Shown: positions 47,701-60,628 of the stretch, piece after piece
How the letters are laid out: the number at the start of each line of letters is the position of its first letter
How positions within the stretch are numbered: the stretch's first letter is position 1
Origin: Monocercomonoides exilis PA203
Taxonomy: Eukaryota > Protista > Preaxostyla
Assembly: GCA_001643675.2 (NCBI GenBank)
Contig: LSRY02000033.1
Coordinates: 372,001-436,000, forward strand
DNA: 64,000 nt
Direction: 5' to 3'
The notes under the pieces: model-generated
Told to the model about the DNA's origin: nothing
What the model saw: only the letters and a program-made list of their open reading frames with translations
Databases searched by the model: none
Translations under genes and position numbers: made by a program

Positions 47701-49217
47701 TTTGTTCCATTTCTTCTTCTTCTTCAGCATCAAGCAGCTCCGCACCGTTAGCATCAATTTTATTCCGCTCTGTCTCTTCTTTGTCTGCAAACACGAAAAG
47801 CACTTTTGTGACTCCATATGCAGCCAGATCCGAACAATCTCCTTCATTTGATGCTCGTTCTCCTATGTCTGTCGGAGGAATGAAGAGACTAAACTCCATT
47901 TCTTCGATTCGCACACCATCTACGCTATTTCTTTTGAAACCTTCTCTTTCAAACAGAAGCATAGCGTGTGGAAGTTCTTCAATGGTTTCAAGGAATGAAA
48001 AGACTGTAGCATATGTGTCTGCAAATGCACGGTGGTTTGACGCTCTTAATTCAAAGAAGGCACTTCCCGGGTATATTCATCCGAATCTAGGTATTTTGAT
48101 GCCATCCTCAATTCTAGGCATTTATAAGAGAATTAAGATCAACTTGAAGAATGGTGATTTTAATGGCAATGTCTTAGATCGCATTGTTTTAGAAGCGAAG
48201 CGAAAGGATGCTGAAAAAAATTGTGTTTCTGACTTTCATTCTCCATCTGTTCTTTCAGTTTGCAGTCCTGCACAATTTTCATCAAGAAATAAATCTTTGT
48301 TATTTGGAGGAAGGCGAACGCCTCCTCCATCAACTTCGTTAGCAATGGTTTCTATCAGACAACGCTCTTTATCTCCAAATCTTTCACATTACAGCACTTC
48401 AAAATCTCTTCATCGAACTTTTTCGAGAAAGTCAACTTCAGCTGCTTTCAGTCATTCGGAATCGCTGACTCTAAGTCCAGAGATGCTCTTTTTAAAGAAA
48501 TCAGCTGATTCAACAAGAGTTTCTTTTCATATTCCTGCTCAATGCATTTCTCTTTCTTCTAAACCATTTATTGGTCAAAATACGTCATCTCATGCAAGCC
48601 AAGAGGAATCAAGCTCAACAACATTGTCCTCATTTCCACTTTCATCGCTTCAATCATCTCATATGTCTGAGGATGCGAATGCTTCCTCAAGCTCCACATC
48701 TTCCACTTCAAATTCCATTTCATATTTGCAGAATTCCCTTTCATCAGAAAATCTTTCTTTTGCTTCGCTTCAGAGCCTTCGTTCGGACATATGCAGGATA
48801 CTTCAAAATGTTACGCACTCCATTGTTATAATAGCATCTTTTGCCACTCTTCAAATACCTTCAACGTTCTTTGGAGATGATTTCGCTAAAAGCCAGATAA
48901 GAAAGTTCATCGAAACATTCTCTTGCGATTTTTCTCAATCTTACGTTGAATTTTTGAAGGAAGTAACATGCATCAAGGAATCTCTTTATGGTTTGGGTTC
49001 GACCAATGATGGAGCGAATTCGACTCAATTAAAAAATGATACTTTGAGTGAACAATTATTTGTTGATAGAATCAGCTCAAATCATTTTGGTGATTCAGTG
49101 CCATCTTCAAGTGACAGCTTACTAATTTCACATATTGAACAAGAAATAGAATTTATAGAAAAAATTGCCTCATGCATTATTTCAAGGTTAGAACAATATT
49201 GTCAGAATGATTCATGA
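32705..49217 (+). CDS. NUP188: Nup188-like scaffold nucleoporin, about 5,400 aa, 4 exons (32705-32935, 33057-33122, 33185-41468, 41590-49217)
   Basis: Three in-phase GT..AG introns join the 98-aa, 2770-aa and 2573-aa ORFs plus a 22-codon exon (16,209 nt total). Nup188-like blocks in order: ISSHFRLDEIKTAQLL, FYLNERHSLL, ESKMGSYQTLLALLRL, IASYIAYQSNNKISTVSTRILTHL, LKDAIVLRF..VVEFISAAIDYQPLLAKLF, PALLAGTMLLLRKLW..GFW. Nup205 is the alternative call. Confidence 0.75.
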
Positions 49218-49785
49218 TATTTAATTCAAAAGTATTTAAATAATATAATTTTTATAATCAGAAACTGATTGAAAAGACTTTAAAATAAATTTTTCTTTTT
49301 TGTTTGCAAACAACATTGCAGTTGATATTGATCTATTTTCTTTAACTCTGAACATTTTTGAATTGAAATGAAAAGTTAGAAAAAAACTTAGAACTGTAGA
49401 AATTTTGAAAAACAATAAAAAATACTGAATTAAAAGTTAAAAATAAAAACTTGTGCACAAAGCACTCTTTCTACAAGAATAATCACACAGATAAGATTCA
49501 CATAATAAAAAGATTCCAATGAAACACAATTTTTCCGTTATCCACTTTCAAAAATCGAAATACACAAAATAAAATAATAGTTAAATGAAGAAATACAAAA
49601 GAAAGAGATGACTTAAAAATACGCCAGCAACACTCATGAAGTTAAAAAAAGAAGAAAATTATTATTAATTATTTTGACATTTTGTTTAAAAAACATTTTA
49701 TAATGTTACAAAATATATAAATTCTTTAACAATCAAATTGTTGATAGAAAACACGAATGTGTTGATTGTTTAACACTGCACTTTA

Positions 49786-52700
49786 TCAGTCATCTTCATT
49801 CTGATTTATTTCCTTCAACAGTTTTATTGTTTCGTCCAAAGAAGGCCTGCCCCTTGGTTCATCTGCCCACGTTTCCTCCATCAGTTCTATCAGATCTTCC
49901 CCTTCAATTCCCTCTGTCAGCGGTCGCACTCCATCACTCATCATCTCCTGCGCTTCTTCAGCATCGCATTCACTCAATGGCACTTCGCCTGTTGTCATTT
50001 CATGGAGAATCAGTCCAAGTGTGAAAACAATTGCCTTTTCTATTTCCTCATCTCCTTCTTCTGGCGCCTGCCATCGCTTCATTTCTTCCTTCTCCTTTTC
50101 ATCCTCCAATTCATCTGTCAATAGGTATATTTCATTTTCGTTCCCTTCCTCAACAAAGATTGAATACGGACACAGCTGCCTTGACATCATTTCCACCCTT
50201 TCGTCTCCAACAGAAATCAAATGCTCAAACAGCTCTGCAACTGCCAAAACCACTTCTTTCCCGTCAACAACATTCATCGCTCTTGTTCCAAGTGTGAAAT
50301 TGCCTTGCACAGAATGAATTGCTGAATGCAATGTTTTGATGTTCTTTTTCTCCTTCTCTCTAAATGGCTTCTTTGCTGATATAACATTGAACGAATGGGA
50401 TTGTTGCATCCCAGCAGCAGAATCATTCTCGGAAAATGTCAATGTAGATTCCAAATCTGGAAGATCATTTTCATTCAGTATTTCATCGTTCACTGACGGA
50501 GGTTCTGGAAGATCTTCATCGTTGTCAATGAGAAGTGGAATTTGGCTCGTCATTCCTTCCAGCAATGTCGACGGCATCTCATTCATCTCAACACATCCTC
50601 CGCTCTTTTCTTTTCTCCCCTCGACTCTTCCCATCGTTTCTCCTTCTTTCAAACTAAATTCTACAACCCTCTTTTCTGTTTCCATTAATTTTTTTCGCAA
50701 AATCACAACAATCACAACAATCACAACAAATAAAAGAATGAAAATGACAAGGATAATTGAAAGAATAAACACAATGATAGGCCAAAATGATTTTCCTTCT
50801 TTTCCTCCTTCAGCAATCCTTTCATCTCCTTTTATTTTTGATTCTGTTTTGTTTTTCAGAATAAATGAATCAGTGGCCGATGGAGAATCAGCATTTCCAA
50901 ATAAAATGCACACCCTCACTTCTGCTTCACTTGGAACGCCTTCAAATGTATTGACAGGAACAGACCCATGCACCTCTTCTTCTGATATGAAACCGCTTTC
51001 ATCAAACAAATTTTTCTCAACCACCTCTTCATCTCCAATAGCAATAACTGTATTGAACGACAGGTTACAAGGAAGGAGAATTGATCCTCTGAACACGAGA
51101 TTTACCTTCTCCCCTGACTTTTCCGATGACACACTCTCCACCTTCGGGATGAAAAACGCAGATGCTCTTTCTCCTGCAATCCCTTCCAGTGTGCATCCTT
51201 CTTCCAATATCCATAGCGAGGTGTTGTCTTTCGCTCCATCCCCTCCCTTCAAACTCACAACCCTCAATTTTGCTGAGTCTCCACACAGAATGTTTCTTCT
51301 TATCGATTCATAATTCGCTATTGACGGATTATTGTTTTCGAATTCCCCTTTCTCAATCTCCACACTTCCTCCTGACAATGAAAGCCCGCCGTTCTTCGAG
51401 TTGCTGATTGTTGTGTCTTTCATCCCAACATTGCTGGATTGAACATCCACAATTGACCCATTCCACTGACACAGCTCTTCTAATGACTCTTCATTTGAAC
51501 TCAACTCTTGTGCGCCTGTCGTTCCATCAAATGCACACAAAGATAAGTTAACATCCGATAAATCTGTCAAAGTAGCAATTCTCCCCTTTTCCGAGGACGA
51601 GATGCATTTTTGGTTGGTGTAGTTCTCCAATTCCACCAATAAAGACGAAGGCAAAGACGAAGAAGAAGCAGCTAAACAGCACGGGCCAAACGAATTTCTG
51701 GTTATGTTTTGAAATGAAGACTGCTTCAATCTGAATTCTGAGTCATTTGATTTCACGCTCACTGCACATCCTTCCATAAGCATCGCGTTGGAAATGGCCA
51801 AGAAATTCATTTCGACATTTGCCTCTTCGCATTCAACAGAAATCAAGGATTCCTTTAAAACGTGTATATCGTCGAATTTCAAGTGGCTGCATTGGATGTT
51901 TAATTGGCCTCCTGAACCGTCTGAGGAAAGCACAATCAAGCTTGTTTTGCTCTCTGCATTCTTGATTTGAACCTTCTGGAGCTGAGAGTCTTTGCAGTTC
52001 AGAAGGATGAGAGCGGATCGATCAAACATGCAGCTTGAAACAAGCAACTGCTGCATGGACAGGCTTGCCAAATTGCGAAAATCAAATAACTCTCCACAAC
52101 TCATATCAGAAATGTTCAGTTCCATTAACAAGCAATATTGTCCGCCTCTTGCTGCCACGCATGAAGAACTGAGACAAAGGGAAGCAAAAGTGCACCCGTT
52201 GATTGATAGTCTTCCATTCTCCACGAGAATGATAGAGCAGTTCAATTTCGTTTCAGAGTTTCCAGTCGGATCTTCTTGAGTAAATGCTGCCCCTGAAATA
52301 GACAAGTTGCCATCAGTCAGCGATATTAAGCTGGTATGCGAAGAAGAAAATGCACTTCCAAACAGAATCTTCAGAAATTCCATTTTCACATTCGACGAGC
52401 ACGTAACAAGACTGTCTGTATTGCTCTCGACGGAGCAGTTCAGGTGGAGCACCCCTTTGTCGCTTTCCTGCTCCAGCGACTTGATCGTCACATCGCGAGC
52501 TCTTGCTTCCCCTGTCACCTTAGCGCTTTTGTTGATGAGCAAATTGCTGTAAGCTGAAGGAATGATGTGGGGCAGAGCAACATTCAAGGAAATGCAAGGT
52601 TCGCTTATTCCACCGCACTGGCGCGTGTCAGAGGCATTGTCCGCTGAAGAAGATGCAAATATCGTCTCGCTCTGATACACAACCACAAAAAGCAAGAAAT

Positions 52701-55700
52701 CTTGCTCATCATAATAATTCTGTTCTGTGCATCCCCACATAGCAAATTCTCGGACAAATGGAGGTCTGAAATCGAGCTGGAAGAGCTCGATGTTTATTTG
52801 AGATTTGATATTTGTGCATCGCACATACAAGTCTCTCCCCTTGAATGCCTTGTTATTCATGAAAGTTGTGTTTTCCAACAGAAAAGGAAGCAAGCCTTCA
52901 CTTGTGATCAAAGAGCAATCCAGAAATATTGCTCCTCCCCTTCCAGTCTCCGAGCAGAAGCACTCCGAGACAGCCGAAAAACGGCACTCGAAAAATCCCC
53001 CTTCGTTCAATTTCATAATCATTCCTCCCCCTTTCTCGCTTTGGCTGCTTCCGCAATTCTTGATCAATGTGTTTTGCACAGACACGCTGCAAGGCTCGCT
53101 GCCAGTGCAGCTGATGATGGAGGGCTCAGATGGTGCACTTTGGAGAAGCGAATGGAGCGTGCAGCATTTCAGTTGCACCGTTGTACTGCCGCCTTCATTC
53201 AATCTCTGAGACTCGCCTTTCCACTCAGCCTGAGCCAACACTGCAACAATGCTTTTACCCATCAGTTCCATGTTGTTCATTGAAACATTTGTCAAGTCAA
53301 TGCTGCTTCCATGTGATACCATCAGAATGTGTCTTTCGGCTTTGATGGATTGGAACGAGCAGAATGATAATTCGCACGTTCCAAACAGGCAGGCAACAAC
53401 ACAATAAGGAATGGCTGCCTCAGAAGCGCTGGTGAAGGAGCAGCCTTGAGCTGCAAAGGAGCTGCCAGTTGTGCTTATGAGTTTTGTCTGCTTCCATTCA
53501 GATCCATCCCAGCAGCAGATCTCAATATAAATGAGGGAGCATGTGCCTGCGTTTGTCAGCACAGAATCGCTATCTTCTTCCTTTCCTGCTTGAGGTGAAA
53601 TGGCTGCTCCGAAAGTCAAGACAGAACGAGACTTGGCATCAACCGAAGTCATAGTGACGTTTGAAATGTCAACCTCACAGTTCACCTGAGCTTCATCGAC
53701 GATCAAAAAAGTGTTCATGCTTGATTGTGCTGGATCTTCCAAAGCACGAAAATGTTTTTGCCCATACTCCATTGTTGAACATGGCTCTTCTGCACTCCCA
53801 CATCGGAGAACATCCCACCCGCTGTTCTTGCTGAGATGGATTTCTTGAGATGCAAATCCAATCAGAAATCGGCAAAGATCGAAGTTTGTCTTCGTGCTGT
53901 CGTTCCCAACGAACAAGTTTGTGTTGCTTGCTGTCTCACTCACTTCAAATGCTAATGTCTGTTTTGTAATCGAAACATTCAGGTCTGACGAAAGAAAGAA
54001 CATGTTTTTCCCATACTTTGCAGAGCATTGATTGAAGGCTATCTGCTGGAAGGAGAACGCATTGGAAGTCGTACAGTCAAAATAGATGCCGCCTCCCTTT
54101 CCACCTGCTTCACTTTCAGCGTAGCAGTTTGTGAATGTAGCGTTTTCCATCGTAAATTGCCCTTGAGCTTCAACGACGATTTTCATTGCTCCTCCATCCA
54201 TGCTCTGAGCGCCTTTGGCATTCGTGACATTCCAATGCAAACACTCAACATGGCTTGAAATTGAGGATGAAATTAGCACAGCGCTGTTTGCATCGCCGTT
54301 GGTGATCCCTTCAAAAGAGCATTGTGAAAGAGAAATAACCTCATCACTCGTCGCACCATCATTCAACAGTTTGAATGGTGATGATGGTATCACATGAATC
54401 AGAGGATAATCACCAAGGATAATTTCTTTCACTTTCAGCGAGATAACCGTCGGAGCTGCGATGCCATTCTCGCTAACTGCAATAGGTGCTTGACAGAGGC
54501 AGCCTAAATCAATCTGGCAGTCATCAATATTGAGTATCCCTCCACAGATCTGAAACATCCAGTAACTTATCTGGCTGGGCTCTCCCATTTGCACCCCAAA
54601 TGCGCACTTTGTCAACGACAGGTTGCTCTCAGAAGCAAAGAATATCAACGTTTCTATCTCAGCATCAAACGAAGATGGTAGCAAAAAGTGGATTGATTCG
54701 ATAGATACATTCCCCGTGGCTGAAATCACTTTTCCGCTCAAAGCATTCAGCGACTTGATACAGGTTACTCCAGCTCGCAAATCATCTGATGATCTCAAGA
54801 TAAAATTGTGCAGATTCATTTCGTTTTTGATTGTTGCTGAGTCAATAACAGCAATTGTCTTCACATCCAATTCTACCAGTCTTTTCACACAATAATCAAC
54901 CGATTTGCACGGATAATCCGAGAACCCACACACCACAGTATCGGCTCCATCGTTGCTTCCTGCATGGATTGTGCTTTCAACATCCTCCAGAAACAGAACC
55001 AACGGAATCGAATGCTCGTGATCATTTCCATTGAACCCACGCAAATCATCAAAGCAGCTATGACCCAGTGCATAAGCAAAAGGAAGAGTTTCATTTGTTA
55101 TCGATTCTCGGAGGTCTGGCGATCGAACAAACAAATCGTTTCCATGCTTCGCTTTGTTTGGCTTTTCTGACGTAAAAGAAGGATCTGTCATGGCAAATGC
55201 TGAATCTGAGTTCTCAAGATTCAGAAAGATCCCTCCCCCAAATCCCTCCTGCGAATCGAAAGGCGCCTCGCACTCTTCGAAGGAACATCGAGAAATTGTT
55301 GTTGAACATGTGTTTGGTAACGAGATGAACAGCGCCCCACCTCCATTTCCATCACCAGAAACAATGCAATGCTCAAAAGTGCATTTGTTTATTGAAGAAT
55401 CACAGCTATCCTCAAACCCTTCGCTCCACACTGCATTCAGGCATCCTCCGTTCTGCTCGCTCTCAACATTCAAAAAAGAAGCATTCGAAAGAGAGACAGA
55501 TTTGCAATCCGACAAAGCAATTGCACAGCCTTGCGAAAATCCAAATCCAGAGACATTCACAAATTTCATCGTTAACGAACCTTCTTCAACCTGAATCAAG
55601 GATTTTGTTGATGGCAGAGTCGATTGGGAGCTTTTCGCAAAACTGCACAGCTCCAGCTCAAGCAACCCAGAGGAGCCGACTGCAATTGCAGATCGGTTGG

Positions 55701-57731
55701 ACACACAAACAAATTGAATCCTCTTTGCATTCAGTGAACCATTGCCAATGGAGATCAAGCAGTCATTTGACGAGGCTTCGTTGCACTTTATTGCAGTTGA
55801 GTTGTTCTCTGCTCCGCTGAGAACGATATTTCTCCAGTCGATATCAATCATATCTTCTTTGAATTCTTCACTCGACATCAAAACATTTTGCCCCAAATAT
55901 GAATTCCATCTTGTCACTCCATATTCCACCGTTTTGCATTCCGAGCCTGTTCCCCCACAAGTGTTCACATTGCTTCCAGAATAGCTGATGTGTATTTCAG
56001 GCTGAGCAGTTGGTAGATAAGAATTATATGCAATTCCTCTATCTCCGCACAGCGGAGAATATTCGACGCATTGTACAACTTTTCTTTGGGCAGTTGAAAG
56101 CGAAAAACTTTGCAATATTTGAATTGTGTAATTATCCAAGCTAAATCCCGTTCCAATGAAAATATCTGCGGCATGCGTCGTTTTCTGCACTGTATTGTTT
56201 TCAAACAAGCAAAACTGTATTTTGACGTTCATATTAAAGATATTTTCGGAAGCGTCAAAGCCACCTGCTCCCATTGGAGCATCTCCATCATATAAATAAC
56301 AGTTTGACATCACAAAAATACTCCTTGGCTCTTGTAGAAAAACTGTTCCAGCATGACTGAATAATGCTTTATTGTCTTTGAACACAGAGTTGTAAATTGA
56401 TCCACTTCCTCCAAGATGCCATGCAACACTTCCTCCATAAGCTGCTGAACAATTTTCAAAAGAACAGCAAAGAATCAAAGCAAAATTATTTGTAATATGA
56501 GCAAATGCTCCTCCGATGGATTGTGCTCCCGTTCCTCTGCAACAATTAAATAAAGAATTTTCAATGTTGCAATCAGTTCCATTGCTAAAAATTGCTCCTC
56601 CATAACCATATGTGTTCGGAAACGTATCAGTGCATTTGGTAAATGTGCATTTGTCAACAGTGAGCTTGGCACTGTTGCTAACTGTTATTGCACCACCATG
56701 AACAGCGCTGCATTCTGTGAAAATGCAATCTTCAAATCTCACATCTTCTTCTGAAAAGGATTGGGCTGCATTTATATAGTTCTGATGGAAAATAGTATTT
56801 CTCGAGCAAAAAAAAGAAGTGTTCAAAGAGTACAAAAAATTTACGAGAGAATCCGAAATGAGAACGCTATAAATTGGATTCTCACAGTTATGAAATTCAC
56901 AGTTTTTCATTATGCATTTAAGCGGATTTCCTTTGAGAAAGATAGAATATTCGCATGCTTTCATGGTTGTGGTGTTTTTAAAAATGCTGTTTGTAGTTGA
57001 GACTTCAAGAAAATCAGCATCGGAAATCAATGGTGAAATACAAGTTAATAATGATTGGAATGAGCAAAATTCAATAAAAATGTAACTGCAACGAGTGTGT
57101 TTTTTGTGCATTTTGGATGCATCCGATTGGGTAAATTGCTTAGGAAATGATTGATAAATAGATGTGTTAAAAATTATAAATGTTCCATCGATACAATCCA
57201 AAATTGAATCCAATGAACATGAATATAAGTTCAAAGTGCAACAATGTAACCCTAATGAGGAATTTAAATATTGTCTTGTAAACATTTGAAAACCAGAAAG
57301 TCGTATGTTTACGTTGAGCAAATTTAGAGAAGTGTTAAACAATGAAATTTGTGTTTTCAATGTACTGATCTGTTTCACAAAAGCTCTTCCAATCGTTTCC
57401 TCAATTCTGTTGCTTCTTCTTTGAATTGACTGAAAGTTGAGACAACTCGAAATTTCAGCATTGGGATTCTGTAAAGAATTATTGAAGTATTGCTCTGATT
57501 GTTTTAAGTTTATGAAATAAGCATTATTTTTATATAGCAAATACAACTTTTACAACTATGATTGGAAAATGTATATTTATCACTATTTTTGCACACGCTC
57601 GCATTTTCATCTGAAAAAAAAGCTAAATGGTCAATATAACCCTGCGAAACAATCCTTTCACATTGAATTTTACTCATAATTGCTACGATGAATAAATGCA
57701 TTATAAAGTTAAATTTTACTGCGTCCATCAT
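49786..57731 (-). CDS. Single-pass receptor-like protein: beta-helix repeat ectodomain, transmembrane helix, truncated pseudokinase
   Basis: 2586-aa ORF with GGAI/FxxC/FxxN repeats and four CGxxxxxC caps (~55950, 54920, 53790, 52600); TM FWPIIVFILSIILVIFILLFVVIVVIVVIL-RKK (~50695-50790); C-terminal RWQAPE, VFTLGLILHEMTTGEVP, W..EP..RPS. The signal-peptide-like start is in the overlapping ORF 57731-57510, joined by a short intron or frameshift (unresolved). Confidence 0.88.
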
Positions 57732-58147
57732 TGAGCATTTTCTTTAGAAATTAAAAATTCAACTATTTTAATTAAAATAAATAGTTATAAGTTTTTTGAT
57801 CAAACACTCATAATAAAGAATTATGTTCACCTCAATGAAATTGTCAGAAATTTAGACAAAAAAACACATGTCACAAATGAGAAAATTTATATCTCATCCA
57901 TCATCAATGAAATGTCAAAGAAAAGAATTTTTTACAATTTTTTCACAATAAATAACGTTTTTGTCAATTCTTTTTGAAATTTTGCATTTCAATTACAAAA
58001 AATCAAATTTTTTTTGTATTTTTAATAACTTCACCATTTGCCATTCTAATTTGGAAAACTTTTTGTTTTTTAGATGAGACAACATATTTGACTAAGCATT
58101 TTCATTTATTAATATTCCAATTTGGATGAACTTTTTGTAATAAAAAT

Positions 58148-58636
58148 ATGTGTCTAAATTTTTTTAAAAAGTTCCTTTTGTTTAATTTCAAATTGAATAA
58201 AAATTCATATTTCGATCAAATTTCTGTTTCTACTCAACAAATTTTGTTGTTATGAAAATAATAATACTGCTGAGGTTTTGTTTCCATTCTTGAAAAGTTT
58301 CGTAAGTGGGAACAGCAATTTTATCAAAATATGAAATTTTTATATCATTTAATAATTAAACAAAAGGAACTTTTCAAAAAATTTTAGACATGTGTCAAAA
58401 TTTTTTTGAAAAGTTCCTTTCGTTTAATTTTCTAATAAAATAAAAATTTCAAATTTCGATCAAATTTCTGTTCCCACTCACCAAAATTTATTTCCATGAT
58501 AATAAAATCTTGACAATGTTATTATATCCATTTGAGTGAATTATTGTGAGTGGAAACAGAAATTTGATAGAAATATGAAATTTTTTATTTTTTGAAAATT
58601 AAACAAATGGAACTTTACAAAAAAATATTGACATGT
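58148..58636. mobile_element. Tandem dimer of a ~240-bp MITE-like element with ~85-bp imperfect TIRs
   Basis: ATGT-[GTCTAAATTTTTTTAAAAAGTTCC...GGAACTTTTCAAAAAATTTTAGAC]-ATGT-[GTCAAAATTTTTTTGAAAAGTTCC...GGAACTTTACAAAAAAATATTGAC]-ATGT. Confidence 0.85.
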
Positions 58637-59611
58637 GAAAAAAAAAAAGAATTTATTTTTATAATTGCGTAACATACAACAAATGATTAAAATTTGTGTT
58701 ATTAATTATAACGTTATTGTTAACTGTTTCAAAAGTTATTCTGTCTCTCTTTTGTTCGGAAACATTTATTTTTGTGTGTGTCAACTTGTTATTCAGCTCT
58801 AAATATGTCGTTGAACAAAAATTTTGACATCAATAATAAAATTTAACAATTATCTTAATAAACAGATTTATAATTGAAATTCGACTGGAAGGCACACAAA
58901 CATGCTTTGAATATGCTCAATTCAACTTGTCACAAATTTGAATCGAGCTTTTTTGATCCGAGTCAAATTATTTTTTGATTTTTTTTAACTGAGCAATTTA
59001 TTAAACAGAATTCAACCCCTTCAAGTTGATTTTTGTTTCAACTCACTCATTCAAACTGCGATAAAAAAAGCGAATTAATATAAACCCTAAAAAATTCATT
59101 TATTTCATTGAAAATTATACTGAATTTTGAATTTTCACGAAAATTGAAAATAACATTTTTTCACAGTTTTTGCAAACAATCGGCAGAATAAACTTATGTG
59201 CACAATATGCTATTTTCATAGCTGCGACATATGACAATAATGTAACCGGTCGAATCTTACGCATTAACCTTTATTTTTTGAAATACATACGAGGTCACAA
59301 AGCATTTTGTTATCTTATCAATAAAATTTGAATACGAAAATGAAAGTCAAATTTATTTTGAAATTTAATTAAGTTTAATAATGAAATAAGTGAAATAATT
59401 ATTTCATGCTTTGTGGAAAAAAAAATCAAAATTTTTCCTTAAATGATGTCAATTTATATTTTTTATATATCATTTTTATTTTTTAGAAATATTTATTACA
59501 AAATAGTTATTGGCAAAGAAACAGAAAGTGCTTTGACAATAACATTTTTCAATATTCAGGGAAACGATAAGGAAATAGACAAATTCATATTGCTCAAAAA
59601 ATTCTGGACTT

Positions 59612-60226
59612 CGTGAAAAAAACAAGATAAGATCGTTTTCTCAATAACTGCAAGATGAATAATTCTGATGATTATCCTTTCAATGAATATTATCTATGCA
59701 AACTCATATAACATACAAGAATCATTTATATGCAGAATGAATTTCATCAAAAAATAACTTTTAAAACCTTAGAATAAATGAATTTTGAGTTTCTCTAAAA
59801 TTTCTGTAATTTATTTTCAATATTTTGTCGATATGGGGGAAAACATCTAACTTCAAGCTTTTTCGTTGAAAAATTATAAGCTTTTGATTGACTTTATGCG
59901 ATAAAAAAAAATGAATGAAATGGGTTCATTTTTTAACATTCGTAATTGTCACAGTTCTTCATGATTTGATTTCAACAATGCCTGTTCACGGATCTGAAAA
60001 TCAAATTTATTTTGAAATCTGAGAAAGTAAAGGAAAGTTATGAGTGAAGCAATAATTTTGTTCTTTGAACAAAAAAAGCTTGAAAGTTCATATTTTCACC
60101 CATATAAAAATGAAAGACCGAAATGCCAAATGAGTTAAACCCGTTATAACATATTAAGATGAAAATCATCAGAATTTCTTCTTTTGTAGTTATTAAGAAA
60201 TCGATCTTGTCCGGTGTTTTTTGCAC
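59612..60226. repeat. Degenerate long inverted repeat pair, probably an old foldback/TIR element
   Basis: Outer arms share AAGATCG(A/T)TTTCT(C/T)AATAACT(G/A)CAA..ATTCTGATGATT. Inner arms share ATATGGG..AAAA..CTTCAAGCTTTTT (~59830-59865 versus reverse complement of ~60070-60105). Confidence 0.65.
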
Positions 60227-60628
60227 AATCTTTTATTAGTTTTTAAAATTTGAAAAAGAAAATTGTGTTTATTAAAAGATTGCGAAAATTTTTTTTTAAA
60301 ATTAACAACATTCAAATGTGTTGATTGAGTTTCATCTATACGTGCAATTAAATGAATAAGAACAAGGAAACGAACACTGAGTGGAAGAAATGATTTTAAT
60401 GCCTTTTTTACTTCTTAAGTTTTCAAAAAAAAAAAAAATAACGAAAAATATTTTTCTATTGCTGCGCAACAAAATGTTTTATTCCTCATTTATATTATTA
60501 TTTTATTTAATTTTAACCAAATATAACAATTATGCATATTTTGAAAAAATCAACACAAATTTTATTGGAAATATTTCTACTGAGGGAACGGATCATTTCA
60601 CAAAGCCACTTTTTTCATTATTGACGCA

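Noticed and set aside
33200-49217. Two separate genes of 2770 and 2573 aa
   Set aside because: The AT-rich overlap is an in-phase GT..AG intron; the second ORF's N-terminus is translated intron.
33534-56672. Short ORFs overlapping the Nup188-like and receptor genes, including 325 aa at 50336-51313
   Set aside because: Antisense or off-frame shadows of long coding frames.
58148-58636. CRISPR-like array or structured ncRNA
   Set aside because: Eukaryotic context, alternating orientation of long arms and no cas genes; MITE structure explains it.
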